Below are positions 39,619 through 48,072 of a stretch of 64,000 bases of DNA, piece by piece (the first letter of the stretch is position 1; the number at the start of each line of letters is the position of its first letter). A program made the position numbers and the translations under genes. Origin of the DNA: an uncultured Bacteroidota bacterium. Its GTDB lineage: Bacteria; Bacteroidota; Bacteroidia; Bacteroidales; GWA2-32-17. The stretch covers positions 2,697 through 66,696 of the forward strand of contig CAILUD010000145.1 in NCBI GenBank assembly GCA_903837285.1, given 5' to 3'. Below the pieces are notes generated by a model, which ran no database searches, was not told where the DNA came from, and saw only the letters and a program-made list of their open reading frames with translations.

Positions 39619-40452
39619 TTATTTTAAACTTATGTATCCAACTTCATTAACTACTTTTTGTCCTTCCTCTGATAAAATAAAGTCAATAAATGTTTTTACT
39701 TTATTTGCGTCTTTTGTTAGGTAGTAATAGTATAACGGACGAACAACCGGATACGATTTATTTTTAGCATTTGTAACATTGGGCTCAATAAAAGTTTTCC
39801 CTTTGTCATAAGATATTTTTAATGCTTTTACATTTGTTTCCATGTATGCAAAACCAATATATCCAATTGCTCCTTTTGTCTGACTAACCGATTGAACCAT
39901 TGCTCCTGTTGCAGGCATCATTAAAATTGCAGTTCCATAATTTTTGTTATTTAATACATGTTCTTTAAAAAATTCATATGTTCCAGAACTTGATTCGCGT
40001 GAATAAGCTACTATTTTTTCATCGTTGCCACCAACTTCTTTCCAATTTTTTATTTTTCCTGTAAATATACCTTCAATTTGTTCGCGTGTTAATTGATTAA
40101 TTTTGTTTGCAGGATTTACTATAACTGAAAGAGCATCATTAGCTATAATAACTTCTTTATATGCTTTTCCTGCATCTTGTAACTTCATTTTTTCGCTCAT
40201 TTTCATTTTTCGTGATGACATTGCTATATCTGTTGACCCATCAACAAATGCTGCAATTCCAACACCGCTACCACCGCCTGTTACTGTTATTTTTGCAGTT
40301 TTATTTTTCTTCATAAAAGTCTCTGCTTCTTTCTGCGAAAGTGGAAGTACTGTGTCGCTTCCTTTAATTTTAATATTTACTACGTTTTGTGCGAATGCAC
40401 TAATGCTTATAACTATTGCTATAAAAAGTGCTGTTGTGATTTTTGTTTTCAT
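39619..40452 (-). CDS. pstS: Phosphate ABC transporter substrate-binding protein
   Basis: IKGSDTVLPL, SSRKM and SRESSSGTYEFF motifs plus a signal peptide. Confidence 0.85.
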   Translation of the reverse strand: MKTKITTALFIAIVISISAFAQNVVNIKIKGSDTVLPLSQKEAETFMKKNKTAKITVTGGGSGVGIAAFVDGSTDIAMSSRKMKMSEKMKLQDAGKAYKEVIIANDALSVIVNPANKINQLTREQIEGIFTGKIKNWKEVGGNDEKIVAYSRESSSGTYEFFKEHVLNNKNYGTAILMMPATGAMVQSVSQTKGAIGYIGFAYMETNVKALKISYDKGKTFIEPNVTNAKNKSYPVVRPLYYYYLTKDANKVKTFIDFILSEEGQKVVNEVGYISLK

Positions 40453-40472
40453 TTTTTTAATATTTTATATTA

Positions 40473-40528
40473 CAAATTTCGGCTTATAGTATTAACTGAA
40501 TATGTACAGTATCTTAAGTCTATGTTAA
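40473..40528 (-). promoter_or_regulatory. Candidate Pho-box array + -7 box upstream of pstS
   Basis: Minus strand: TTAACA-N5-TTAAGA-N5-TACATA-N5-TTAATA (40528->40490), N9, GAAATTTG (40480->40473), ATG 40452. Confidence 0.5.
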
Positions 40529-40535
40529 TTTATTT

Positions 40536-41852
40536 TTAAAATTTATATTGAACTCTCAAAGTAAAAACATTGTCTTTTAAATCTTTAGCGTACCCTGTTA
40601 CATTTTTACTTGTTTCATTTTTAACCATATCGTAGTATGCAGTAATTTTAATGTTGTTATCCCAGCGATATGCTATGCCCAGGCCAAATGTTGTGTACTT
40701 TAAATCGTTCTTTCCGGTTTTAGTAACTTTTATATCAGCTGATGATTTTACTGTTTGCCCAATTACATCACCTGCTACTTCAGTATTTGGATCATACCAA
40801 TCGTATTTTGCTACAAACTGAAATTTTGTAGTCCATATATTTTGCAAGAAATAGAAATATGCACCATTAAAATTTCTAATGTAGTTATCTGTTGTTGGCT
40901 GTGCTGTTGGAGTCGCTGTTGTTGAAGATGTTCCTGGTTGTTCACCTTGAATATATTCTGCGCGAATTGTTGTCATACCAATTGGAAGTTCAATGTTTAA
41001 TTGAAAGTCGCCACCAATATATGTGCGCTTTGCTATTTTACCATAATTAGTTGTGTCATTATTTAAAACAAATGCCATTAACCCTGATGAATCGGCGGCA
41101 TTTGTATATACATTTTTTCTTCCCTGGCGATTACCACCATTATAATATGAAACTCCAAGACCGTAAGAGATCTTTTCAGATTTATTAGATTTATCAATTC
41201 TTATTCTTCCTATAAAATCTTTTTGGTAATCAAAATCTACAGCACCTGCGCCTGTCCCGTTATATAATCCGGCTTCAGCTTTTATAAAATTCCATTTTGA
41301 TGTTTTTGGTATTTGAAAAGTTAACATAGCGCCCAAATCTCTTTCACCAGGAAAAATTATTTGTGACATTCTGGCTCTTTCAGGTGTTTCTCTTAAGCTT
41401 GAGGAATATCCGATTTCATATCCAAAAGGACGGTTCATGCAACCTACAGTTAACGATACAGTTTTTGCCCATGGTTCGGTAAATTTCGCATACATATCTT
41501 TTATTGCAAATCCTTTTTCGGTTGCATCAATTTGAAATACATACTGAGATAATAGTGTTTCGTATGCAATTTTTACTCTTGCTCTTCGTAACATAAAACG
41601 CTTATCGGTATTTGCGTTAAAATTTCCTCCCGAATAATTTGCAGATCCGTTTGAATCTGTCATTTGAAATTGTGGTTGTAAGTAACCAGAAATCTTAATC
41701 CGTTTAAAAAGATTAACGTCATCTTGTAATTTTATTACAGTTTGTGTTAATGTGTCTAAAGGGTTTACATTTTCTTCCTGGGCTTTAACAGTAATTGATA
41801 AATTAATTAATACTGTTATTAGAATAGCGGTTAAAAAAAATTGTTTTTTCAT
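40536..41852 (-). CDS. Outer-membrane porin, probably phosphate-selective (OprO/P-like)
   Basis: Signal peptide, N-terminal coiled segment then ISGYLQPQFQ, alternating beta-strand pattern and a terminal ...VQYKF. Its position immediately upstream of pstS supports the call. Confidence 0.65.
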   Translation of the reverse strand: MKKQFFLTAILITVLINLSITVKAQEENVNPLDTLTQTVIKLQDDVNLFKRIKISGYLQPQFQMTDSNGSANYSGGNFNANTDKRFMLRRARVKIAYETLLSQYVFQIDATEKGFAIKDMYAKFTEPWAKTVSLTVGCMNRPFGYEIGYSSSLRETPERARMSQIIFPGERDLGAMLTFQIPKTSKWNFIKAEAGLYNGTGAGAVDFDYQKDFIGRIRIDKSNKSEKISYGLGVSYYNGGNRQGRKNVYTNAADSSGLMAFVLNNDTTNYGKIAKRTYIGGDFQLNIELPIGMTTIRAEYIQGEQPGTSSTTATPTAQPTTDNYIRNFNGAYFYFLQNIWTTKFQFVAKYDWYDPNTEVAGDVIGQTVKSSADIKVTKTGKNDLKYTTFGLGIAYRWDNNIKITAYYDMVKNETSKNVTGYAKDLKDNVFTLRVQYKF

Positions 41853-41877
41853 CTTATATTTTCATTTTGATTTGTTA

Positions 41878-41911
41878 CAAAGGTATTTTGTCAATATTAA
41901 CTGGATGTTAA
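41878..41911 (-). promoter_or_regulatory. Candidate Pho-box + -7 box upstream of the porin gene
   Basis: Minus strand: TTAACA-N5-TTAATA (41911->41895), N9, TACCTTTG (41885->41878), ATG 41852. Confidence 0.5.
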
Positions 41912-41940
41912 ATGTATTTTATTGCTATATTAATTATAAA

Positions 41941-42651
41941 TTAAGTTTGGGTTAATTCATCAGTAAATCTATACCCAACACCTTTTTGTGTTTTAATATA
42001 TTCATCGCCAAGTTTTTCTCTTATTTTTCTTATATGAACATCAATAGTTCTATAACTTGATTCGCTGTTATCTCCCCATATTTTATTGAATAGTTCGTCG
42101 CGGGTAAATACTTTATCTGGTTTTGATGCTAATAACGCCAATAGTTCAAATTCTTTTCTTGGAAGTGATATTTCGGAATTATTAACAATGATCACATATT
42201 TTTCTCTGTCGATTAATATTTTTCCATGTTGTATGGTTTTATCTTCCGAATTTATAAAAATATTATTTGCTTTTTTTCGGGTTAACATTGATGTTAATTT
42301 CGAAATAAGTACTTTTGGGTTAATTGGTTTTTTTAAATAATCATCGGCACCAGCTTCATATCCTGCAATCTGTGAGTAATCCTCGCTTCTTGCTGTTAAA
42401 AAAATAATTAGTGAGGAATTTAGTTTATCAATTTTTCTCATTTCAATGCATGTCATAATACCATCCATTTCTGGCATCATAACATCTAACAGAATAATAT
42501 TTGGTAATAATTCTTTTGCTTTTTTAATTCCTTCTAAACCATTTTTTGCAGAATAAACTATAAAATTTGCTTTTATTAAATTATATGTAAGAAATTCGTG
42601 AATACCTTCTTCGTCATCTATAATTAATATTGAATTTTTAAACTCTGCCAT
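41941..42651 (-). CDS. OmpR/PhoB-family response regulator transcription factor
   Basis: Receiver domain (ILIIDDEEGI...ILLDVMMPEMDG...KP) plus a winged helix (RTIDVHIRKIREKLG...GVGYRF). Confidence 0.88.
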   Translation of the reverse strand: MAEFKNSILIIDDEEGIHEFLTYNLIKANFIVYSAKNGLEGIKKAKELLPNIILLDVMMPEMDGIMTCIEMRKIDKLNSSLIIFLTARSEDYSQIAGYEAGADDYLKKPINPKVLISKLTSMLTRKKANNIFINSEDKTIQHGKILIDREKYVIIVNNSEISLPRKEFELLALLASKPDKVFTRDELFNKIWGDNSESSYRTIDVHIRKIREKLGDEYIKTQKGVGYRFTDELTQT

Positions 42652-42680
42652 TTATTTAAATATTACCTTTTTATTTAGTG

Positions 42681-42725
42681 TAAAGTTATTTTATCAATAT
42701 TAACTGAGTGTTAATTCAATATTAA
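42681..42725 (-). promoter_or_regulatory. Candidate Pho-box array + -7 box upstream of the response regulator
   Basis: Minus strand: TTAATA-N5-TTAACA-N5-TTAATA (42725->42698), N9, TAACTTTA (42688->42681), ATG 42651. Confidence 0.5.
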
Positions 42726-42771
42726 GCGATTGTGATTATTTCGGGTTTAATTTTATATTGAAATAAATTTA

Positions 42772-42803
42772 TTTGGCTGTAAAAAAACTATTGCATATCT
42801 TCG
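42772..42803 (+). promoter_or_regulatory. Candidate tRNA-Leu promoter (TTTG-N20-TATCTTCG)
   Basis: TTTG at 42772-42775 and a near-consensus TAnnTT(c)G at 42796-42803, 18 nt before the tRNA 5' end. Confidence 0.35.
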
Positions 42804-42820
42804 CAACCCTTAACTATTGT

Positions 42821-42904
42821 GCCCGGATGGCGGAATTGGTAGACGCGCTGGTCTCAAACACCAGTGAGGTCATACTCGTGCCGGTTCGACCCCGGCTCCG
42901 GGTA
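42821..42904 (+). tRNA. tRNA-Leu (anticodon CAA), class II with long variable arm, no encoded CCA
   Basis: Hand-folded. Acceptor GCCCGGA/TCCGGGT (G1-U72), 3-bp D stem, anticodon stem CTGGT/ACCAG with loop CT-CAA-AC, variable arm GAG..CTC, T arm GCCGG-TTCGACC-CCGGC, discriminator A. Confidence 0.9.
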
Positions 42905-42911
42905 CAAAAAT

Positions 42912-42957
42912 CAGAGCTAAAATGAGAGCTAGAGCGATCATTCAGCTCTGGTTTTTT
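42912..42957 (+). terminator. Terminator after tRNA-Leu
   Basis: CAGAGCT (42912-42918) pairs with AGCTCTG (42944-42950), followed by GTTTTTT. Confidence 0.55.
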
Positions 42958-42995
42958 CTTCATTCTCGTTCTGTTTTTCACTATATTTTATAAAT

Positions 42996-43339
42996 ATGTT
43001 CGAGTTTCAAAATCTTGAAGTTTACAAAAAAGCAAAGGTATTTCATCTTGATTGCAAGAATTTAATTCTAAATAAAAACTCGATAATTATGTTAAAGATC
43101 AACTTGGGAGGGCATCTTTTAGCATAATATTAAATATTGCAGAGGGTTCAGGAAAATTTTCAAAACCAGACAGAAGAAATTATTTTGTAACATCTCGATG
43201 ATCTGTTTTTGAATGCGTTGCAATATTGGATGTTTTGTGCGAACAATCAATAATAGATAAAGAAGAGTTTGAAACCCTTATTAAAAAGGCCGATGAGTTG
43301 TAAAGAATCCTATACGCAATGATCAAAAATCTTACTTAG
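42996..43339 (+). pseudogene. Decayed four-helix-bundle protein gene (23S rRNA intervening-sequence-type)
   Basis: MFEFQNLEVYKKAKVFHLDCKNLILNK in frame 0, then DNYVKDQLGRASFSIILNIAEGSGKFSKPDRRNYFVTSR*SVFECVAILDVL...ADEL*RILYAMIKNLT* in frame 2. That is one frameshift near 43075-43090 plus in-frame TGA (43199) and TAA (43301). Confidence 0.7.
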
Positions 43340-43465
43340 ACAATCAATCATATTCTGATTCTAGAAATCAAATTAGTTTTTTTTACTGCATAAACAGTGC
43401 AGAAAACTATTATAATATTCACAGTTATTTATTTCGGGATTAAAAATCCCTATAAGCTTAAACCC

Positions 43466-44557
43466 TTATTTTAGTTTAGAACCATCAAAATAGAAAACTC
43501 CATAAGTTCCTTGTCCATCTCTTACAACATCTAAAGGATATTTTTCGTCTCCCTGAATTGGAGAATAATTTTTTATATAAGTCTCACCAAATTTTCCATA
43601 GCCGATATGATCTTGAATTAAAACACCACCTGCAAATCTGTATGAGCCATCCTTATCTTTGAAAGCAAAATAAAACACATGATTTCCCATTTTGCAAGAA
43701 GCTTCATTCGTGTTTGCATCAACTAAGGTTCTATAATCATCTACACCATCGGCTTTATCAAATGTTAGTTTAAAAACTTCAGTAATGCCATACTTTTGTT
43801 TTATTAAAGCTATAATTTTAGCTGTTGAATTTTCAGGGTTTTTATATCCTGGATTATTTCCTATAGAGAAACATGATGGAAGTGGAAGCTTTGCAGCTTC
43901 TATAGCAGCATTTTTACTTACATTTTTTAAGCCATTTGCCCTGGCATTCTCACTTGCTTTTTTGCATTGTTCATACCACTTTAGTTGAGTTTCTTCTGTA
44001 GAGCCTGTATAATCAATATATAAATCAGCAAATGAATTCAATCCTGTTATCTCCGCATTACTTTCATTATACTCAGAATAAACTTTTATTGCAAAATGTG
44101 ATTTTTTACCAAGTTCTAAATCTGATTTAGCAAATGACCAATAAAGTGCTTCCCAATCAGAATAAATGGTGCTTGCTTCTTCGTTACTTGGCATTACATC
44201 AAAATCGATATAGCTTTTTTCTAAATCAGAAAAAGTAAGGTGAATAATATAGTTATTACTGAATATTTCGTCAAATGCCACTTCGTCAGTTTCGTTCCTA
44301 TCTGTTGGCCTAATACAAAATTGTCGGGCGTAACCAACCGGAACGTTATCCATTTTTTTTGATGGGTTTGCGCAATAAGTTTTTAATGGCTTTTCTAATA
44401 TTATTCTTGCATAAATAGGCGTATTTGCTTTAAATTCTTTTTGCTCAGCACCGCCTTGCGAAAAAGGCTTTGAAGAAAAAATCATTTTGTTTTGAGCATA
44501 CAGGCCAAATTGAATAACAATTAGCACTATAATTGTAAAAATCTGTTTTGTTTTCAT
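43466..44557 (-). CDS. Hypothetical secreted protein (363 aa), long paralogue
   Basis: Signal peptide. The N-terminal ~215 aa are homologous to the next gene (MIFSSKPFSQGGAEQKEFKANTPIY vs MVFSSKPFQKGGSEQKEFIWNTPIY). Confidence 0.6.
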   Translation of the reverse strand: MKTKQIFTIIVLIVIQFGLYAQNKMIFSSKPFSQGGAEQKEFKANTPIYARIILEKPLKTYCANPSKKMDNVPVGYARQFCIRPTDRNETDEVAFDEIFSNNYIIHLTFSDLEKSYIDFDVMPSNEEASTIYSDWEALYWSFAKSDLELGKKSHFAIKVYSEYNESNAEITGLNSFADLYIDYTGSTEETQLKWYEQCKKASENARANGLKNVSKNAAIEAAKLPLPSCFSIGNNPGYKNPENSTAKIIALIKQKYGITEVFKLTFDKADGVDDYRTLVDANTNEASCKMGNHVFYFAFKDKDGSYRFAGGVLIQDHIGYGKFGETYIKNYSPIQGDEKYPLDVVRDGQGTYGVFYFDGSKLK

Positions 44558-44598
44558 GTGATTTGTTTTTTATTAATAATTGAAATAATTTGTTTAAA

Positions 44599-45303
44599 CT
44601 ATTTTTCGTATTTTGAGTGAATGCTATCCGTAATATTAGTGCATCTGTCTTTCCATTCTCCAATTTCTCTGCTATCCGTAACAGTTGTATAATTAACAAT
44701 TAAACTGCCTAAAAAAATGTAAATACCACTATTAAGTACTATTCTTCCATTTTTTTCACCCAATTCTTCATTCGAAACCGAAGGTAAATTCTCATGTAAA
44801 TATATTTTGAATTCTGTTTTCTTTCCAACAGTTTTTTCTGTTTCGGCATCGTATTGAACTATACCCATTTTTGCTAATTCATCACTAAAACCGGTGCCAT
44901 AAAAAGTGGTAGCATCTTTTTCGTTAGGCATTATATCTATATTAATTACATTTTTTTCTAATTCTGAATCTGTAAGGTATAATGTTATTTCGACATTTGT
45001 TCTTCTGTCAATATCTTCATCGGTTGGAATGCAATATAATGATATGTATGATGAATATACTCCACTAATGTGAAGTTTTTCCATGGCATAATCATCAATT
45101 TTTTTAGCATAGTTTTTTAATGGTTTATTTATGTTTATTTTGCCATATATTGGTGTATTCCAGATAAATTCTTTTTGTTCGGAACCCCCTTTTTGAAAAG
45201 GTTTTGAAGAAAAAACCATCTGTGTTTGTGCAACTATTAAAAACGGACTAATTACTATTGCAACTGCTGCTAATATTTTTTTTAGAGAAAGATTTTTTTT
45301 CAT
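44599..45303 (-). CDS. Hypothetical secreted protein (234 aa), short paralogue
   Basis: Signal peptide. Paralogous to 43466..44557. Confidence 0.6.
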   Translation of the reverse strand: MKKNLSLKKILAAVAIVISPFLIVAQTQMVFSSKPFQKGGSEQKEFIWNTPIYGKININKPLKNYAKKIDDYAMEKLHISGVYSSYISLYCIPTDEDIDRRTNVEITLYLTDSELEKNVINIDIMPNEKDATTFYGTGFSDELAKMGIVQYDAETEKTVGKKTEFKIYLHENLPSVSNEELGEKNGRIVLNSGIYIFLGSLIVNYTTVTDSREIGEWKDRCTNITDSIHSKYEK

Positions 45304-45338
45304 ATGTTGAAATTATTGTTAATTGTTATAATAAAATA

Positions 45339-45914
45339 CTAATTGTTTGTGTTTTCAATCACTTCTCCTTCTACATAAGTTGTTTTATATGTAACCTTTC
45401 CGTCTTCATCATAAAATACCCATACGCCTGTTTGCATTGCTTGCGGGTAAACAGGAATACCTGATGAAATATTTTCTATGGAACCATCATCCTTTATAAT
45501 TTCTGCCCAACGAATATCAATTTTCCATATTGGAATATATAAACCGGATTGCATAATTTTTCCGTTTTTATAATAGTATATCCAGTTTCCAGTTTCAATG
45601 CTATATTTTTCATTTAATTTATTGCGAATTGCAACTTCGTCAATAATACAATCGTTGCAATCCTGGTGATTTATTATTTTAATATCCTTTTTTAATAGTG
45701 TAGTATATTCTCCCTGTTCTTTTAATATACCATTATCATAATAAGATTTCCATAAGCCAATCTTAAAACCATTTTCAATTGTACCAGTCATTTTTATTAT
45801 TTCAAACCTTTTCCCAGATTCGTTATTAAAAAAAAGAGTGTCGTAAACTATTGTATCTTGAGCGATAATGAGTTTAGGGAAAATTATTAATAATCCAATA
45901 ATTATGAGTTTCAT
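45339..45914 (-). CDS. Secreted MORN-variant repeat protein (YwqK-antitoxin-like family)
   Basis: Repeats of the type GLWKSYYDNGILKEQGEY, GNWIYYYKNGKIMQSGLY and GVWVFYDEDGKVTYKTTY. Confidence 0.6.
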   Translation of the reverse strand: MKLIIIGLLIIFPKLIIAQDTIVYDTLFFNNESGKRFEIIKMTGTIENGFKIGLWKSYYDNGILKEQGEYTTLLKKDIKIINHQDCNDCIIDEVAIRNKLNEKYSIETGNWIYYYKNGKIMQSGLYIPIWKIDIRWAEIIKDDGSIENISSGIPVYPQAMQTGVWVFYDEDGKVTYKTTYVEGEVIENTNN

Positions 45915-45942
45915 TCTAATAATTTATTTATTATAAACGGAA

Positions 45943-46566
45943 TCAACCAAATGGACGAATTGGTAAATGGTATTCTTCTTTTTTATATTCAACTTTTTTC
46001 AGAATATAATTTTTTTCTGTTATGCTATTTCCATTATCCCAAAACAGTTTAACTTTAATCTGAATAGAATCAGGGTTTGTTTTATTGCCAATATAATACC
46101 TTGGATAAACACTTATTACACTAAAGTAATTTAAATCTGCCGGCAAGTTTTTTTCTTTTTTTAATTTAGTAATTAACTCCGGAATATTTAAAGTATTAGC
46201 GCTGTCTTTAAAATATGTAACATGGTCATCAATTACTGTGGTTATATGATATTTTATAGTATCTGATAGAGTGATTTTTTTATTGTTAATATAAACTTCA
46301 AAGTTTAAATTTGGCGGGTAGTATTGGTACTGGCCAATAAAAAATAATTTGATTGAAATTGCTGCAGTTTTTTCTTTATCTAAAATTACTGAGTCGGTGC
46401 CTAATTCTAATTTAAGTTCAAAATCATTTGGGTTAAATGGAATATCTTCCGATTTTCCCTGGATATTTTCTTGATTTTCATAGATATAAAAACTTTCCTT
46501 AGGTGTGCATTTTGTAAAACTAAGAATAACCAGTACCGCGGAAATTAGAATAAAGATATTTTTCAT
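45943..46566 (-). CDS. Hypothetical lipoprotein
   Basis: Signal peptide with lipobox FTKC. I recognise no other motif. Confidence 0.55.
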   Translation of the reverse strand: MKNIFILISAVLVILSFTKCTPKESFYIYENQENIQGKSEDIPFNPNDFELKLELGTDSVILDKEKTAAISIKLFFIGQYQYYPPNLNFEVYINNKKITLSDTIKYHITTVIDDHVTYFKDSANTLNIPELITKLKKEKNLPADLNYFSVISVYPRYYIGNKTNPDSIQIKVKLFWDNGNSITEKNYILKKVEYKKEEYHLPIRPFG

Positions 46567-46695
46567 TAATCAAATATTTAAATACAATTATAAAAATAAA
46601 TAAATAATTGTATATATCCAAAAGTTAGAGATATTGATCTATAAGATTGTTTAATGTCTTTTTTAGTTTAGCAAATAGTTATAATGATTTTTATC

Positions 46696-46989
46696 CTAAT
46701 TCAATTTTTCGGTCAATTGAGTTATGTTTTTAAGGTACTTTGTTTTTAATTTTGAAGTCTGTTTGTTGTTATGGTTTTCGGATAGGTGATATCCGTTTTG
46801 TTTTCCACCAATATAAAATCTAAGAATTGGATTTAGTCCATAAACAACGCTTGTAACATAAAGTCCTGATATTATACTTTCAACTAAAACTAAACCGAAT
46901 GTTGCATGTAATAAAATACTTGTGGTTCCTTTTGCGGGATATCCTGCATAATACTGACCTAAACCTGGAAAATAACCAGACAAACGCAT
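46696..46989 (-). CDS. Small two-TM membrane protein
   Basis: MRLSGYFPGLGQYYAGY... with two hydrophobic helices. ATG 46989 is preferred over the TTG 47019 that opens the ORF. It lies 52 nt after the DUF799 gene. Confidence 0.45.
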   Translation of the reverse strand: MRLSGYFPGLGQYYAGYPAKGTTSILLHATFGLVLVESIISGLYVTSVVYGLNPILRFYIGGKQNGYHLSENHNNKQTSKLKTKYLKNITQLTEKLN

Positions 46990-47041
46990 TGCTTTAAGTG
47001 GTGATTTATATTTTAGCAAATACGTTTATTGCAAATTGTTT

Positions 47042-47731
47042 TTATCTATAACTTGAATTAACACGTATTTTAAATACTTTTTTCCCTGCTAATTGTTCGC
47101 CATCTTTACCGTATAATGGGCTATATTTGCCTGCAGGTAAATCTTTGAAAGTGTATGTGTTACAAACTCTGGCTACGTCAACGTATTTTGTTGCGGCTGT
47201 GTTAATGGCAGATGCAGCAATGTTTGCAATTGCACCAATAGCACCTCCACCTCCGGTAGAAACAGAAGTGTCATAAATTACTTCTCCTTTTCTTGTGTAT
47301 ACTACCTCGTTTGTTTTTGTTGATTTAATAATATATTCTAATTCTACAAAGATTTTTGATGCTAATCCTGATTTATCCCATTTGTGAATAATTGTAAAAA
47401 CTGCTAAATCTGCACCAAATACTTCACCAAATTTACTTAAGGGTGTGTTTAAAAATAGTTCAGCATCATACGCGCTTTCTTTTTTTAATATTTCCATTGA
47501 AAGAAAAGTCGGTATTACATAAAATCCAGCATTTGCAAATGGAATATTCAAAGTAGTGTGAAAAAATTCTTTTGCCTCAACATTTGTACTTCTATTAATT
47601 GGTGGCATTAGTAGAATTGTTAAAGGTTTTTCATCGTACATCCCTTTATATGCAATAGATTTTGCAATGGGAGCAGTAGTAGTACAGCTAAATGCTAATG
47701 CAACTATAAGTATAAATATTATTTTTTTCAT
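47042..47731 (-). CDS. DUF799 (GNA1162-type) lipoprotein
   Basis: Lipobox AFSC, then LTILLMPPINRS...NAGFYVIP...FGADLAVFTII, the conserved DUF799 blocks. Confidence 0.75.
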   Translation of the reverse strand: MKKIIFILIVALAFSCTTTAPIAKSIAYKGMYDEKPLTILLMPPINRSTNVEAKEFFHTTLNIPFANAGFYVIPTFLSMEILKKESAYDAELFLNTPLSKFGEVFGADLAVFTIIHKWDKSGLASKIFVELEYIIKSTKTNEVVYTRKGEVIYDTSVSTGGGGAIGAIANIAASAINTAATKYVDVARVCNTYTFKDLPAGKYSPLYGKDGEQLAGKKVFKIRVNSSYR

Positions 47732-48072
47732 TTTTCAATCATTTTCAAAATTCTATCAATAAATATTTTGGATTCAGGGTATAGTTGGACTTCTTTTAAA
47801 AGCAATGCTTTTCCTTCATCCGTTTTGTTTGCTTGGAGTAAAATGAATCCATAATCAGCATAAATTCCTGGTGGTACAACCTTCCTTGTACCCTTCTGTT
47901 TTTCAATAATACTTTGGTATGTTTCTATTAATTCTTGTGTTGATTTTTCATTACTGTTTTTTAGAAAATTATAGCTTGTGGTTTCGTATTTACTCCAAGA
48001 ATATAAGGGTTTTTGTGTTGTACATGATGTTATAAAAAATATAATAATTGATATAAACGCTAATTTTTTCAT
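47728..48072 (-). CDS. DUF4810 lipoprotein
   Basis: Lipobox ITSC, then LYSWSKYE...VVPPGIYADYGFIL...QLYPESKIFIDRIL. Confidence 0.7.
   Translation of the reverse strand: MKKLAFISIIIFFITSCTTQKPLYSWSKYETTSYNFLKNSNEKSTQELIETYQSIIEKQKGTRKVVPPGIYADYGFILLQANKTDEGKALLLKEVQLYPESKIFIDRILKMIEK

Noticed and set aside
40103-40489. 128-aa antisense ORF over pstS and its promoter (also 37843..38127, 38724..38921, 36229..36438 in pstA/pstC/phoU)
   Set aside because: These are shadows of well-supported pst/phoU genes. Their hydrophobic stretches reflect the antisense strand of AT-rich codons.
43199-43303. Stop-codon recoding (TGA/TAA read-through) in the four-helix-bundle gene
   Set aside because: Two different stop codons plus a frameshift in a 115-codon gene is far more simply explained as decay. 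All other genes in the window use standard stops.
44445-44699. 84-aa ORF bridging the two paralogous secreted-protein genes
   Set aside because: It overlaps the 5' end of one real gene and the 3' end of the other in a different frame, so it is spurious.
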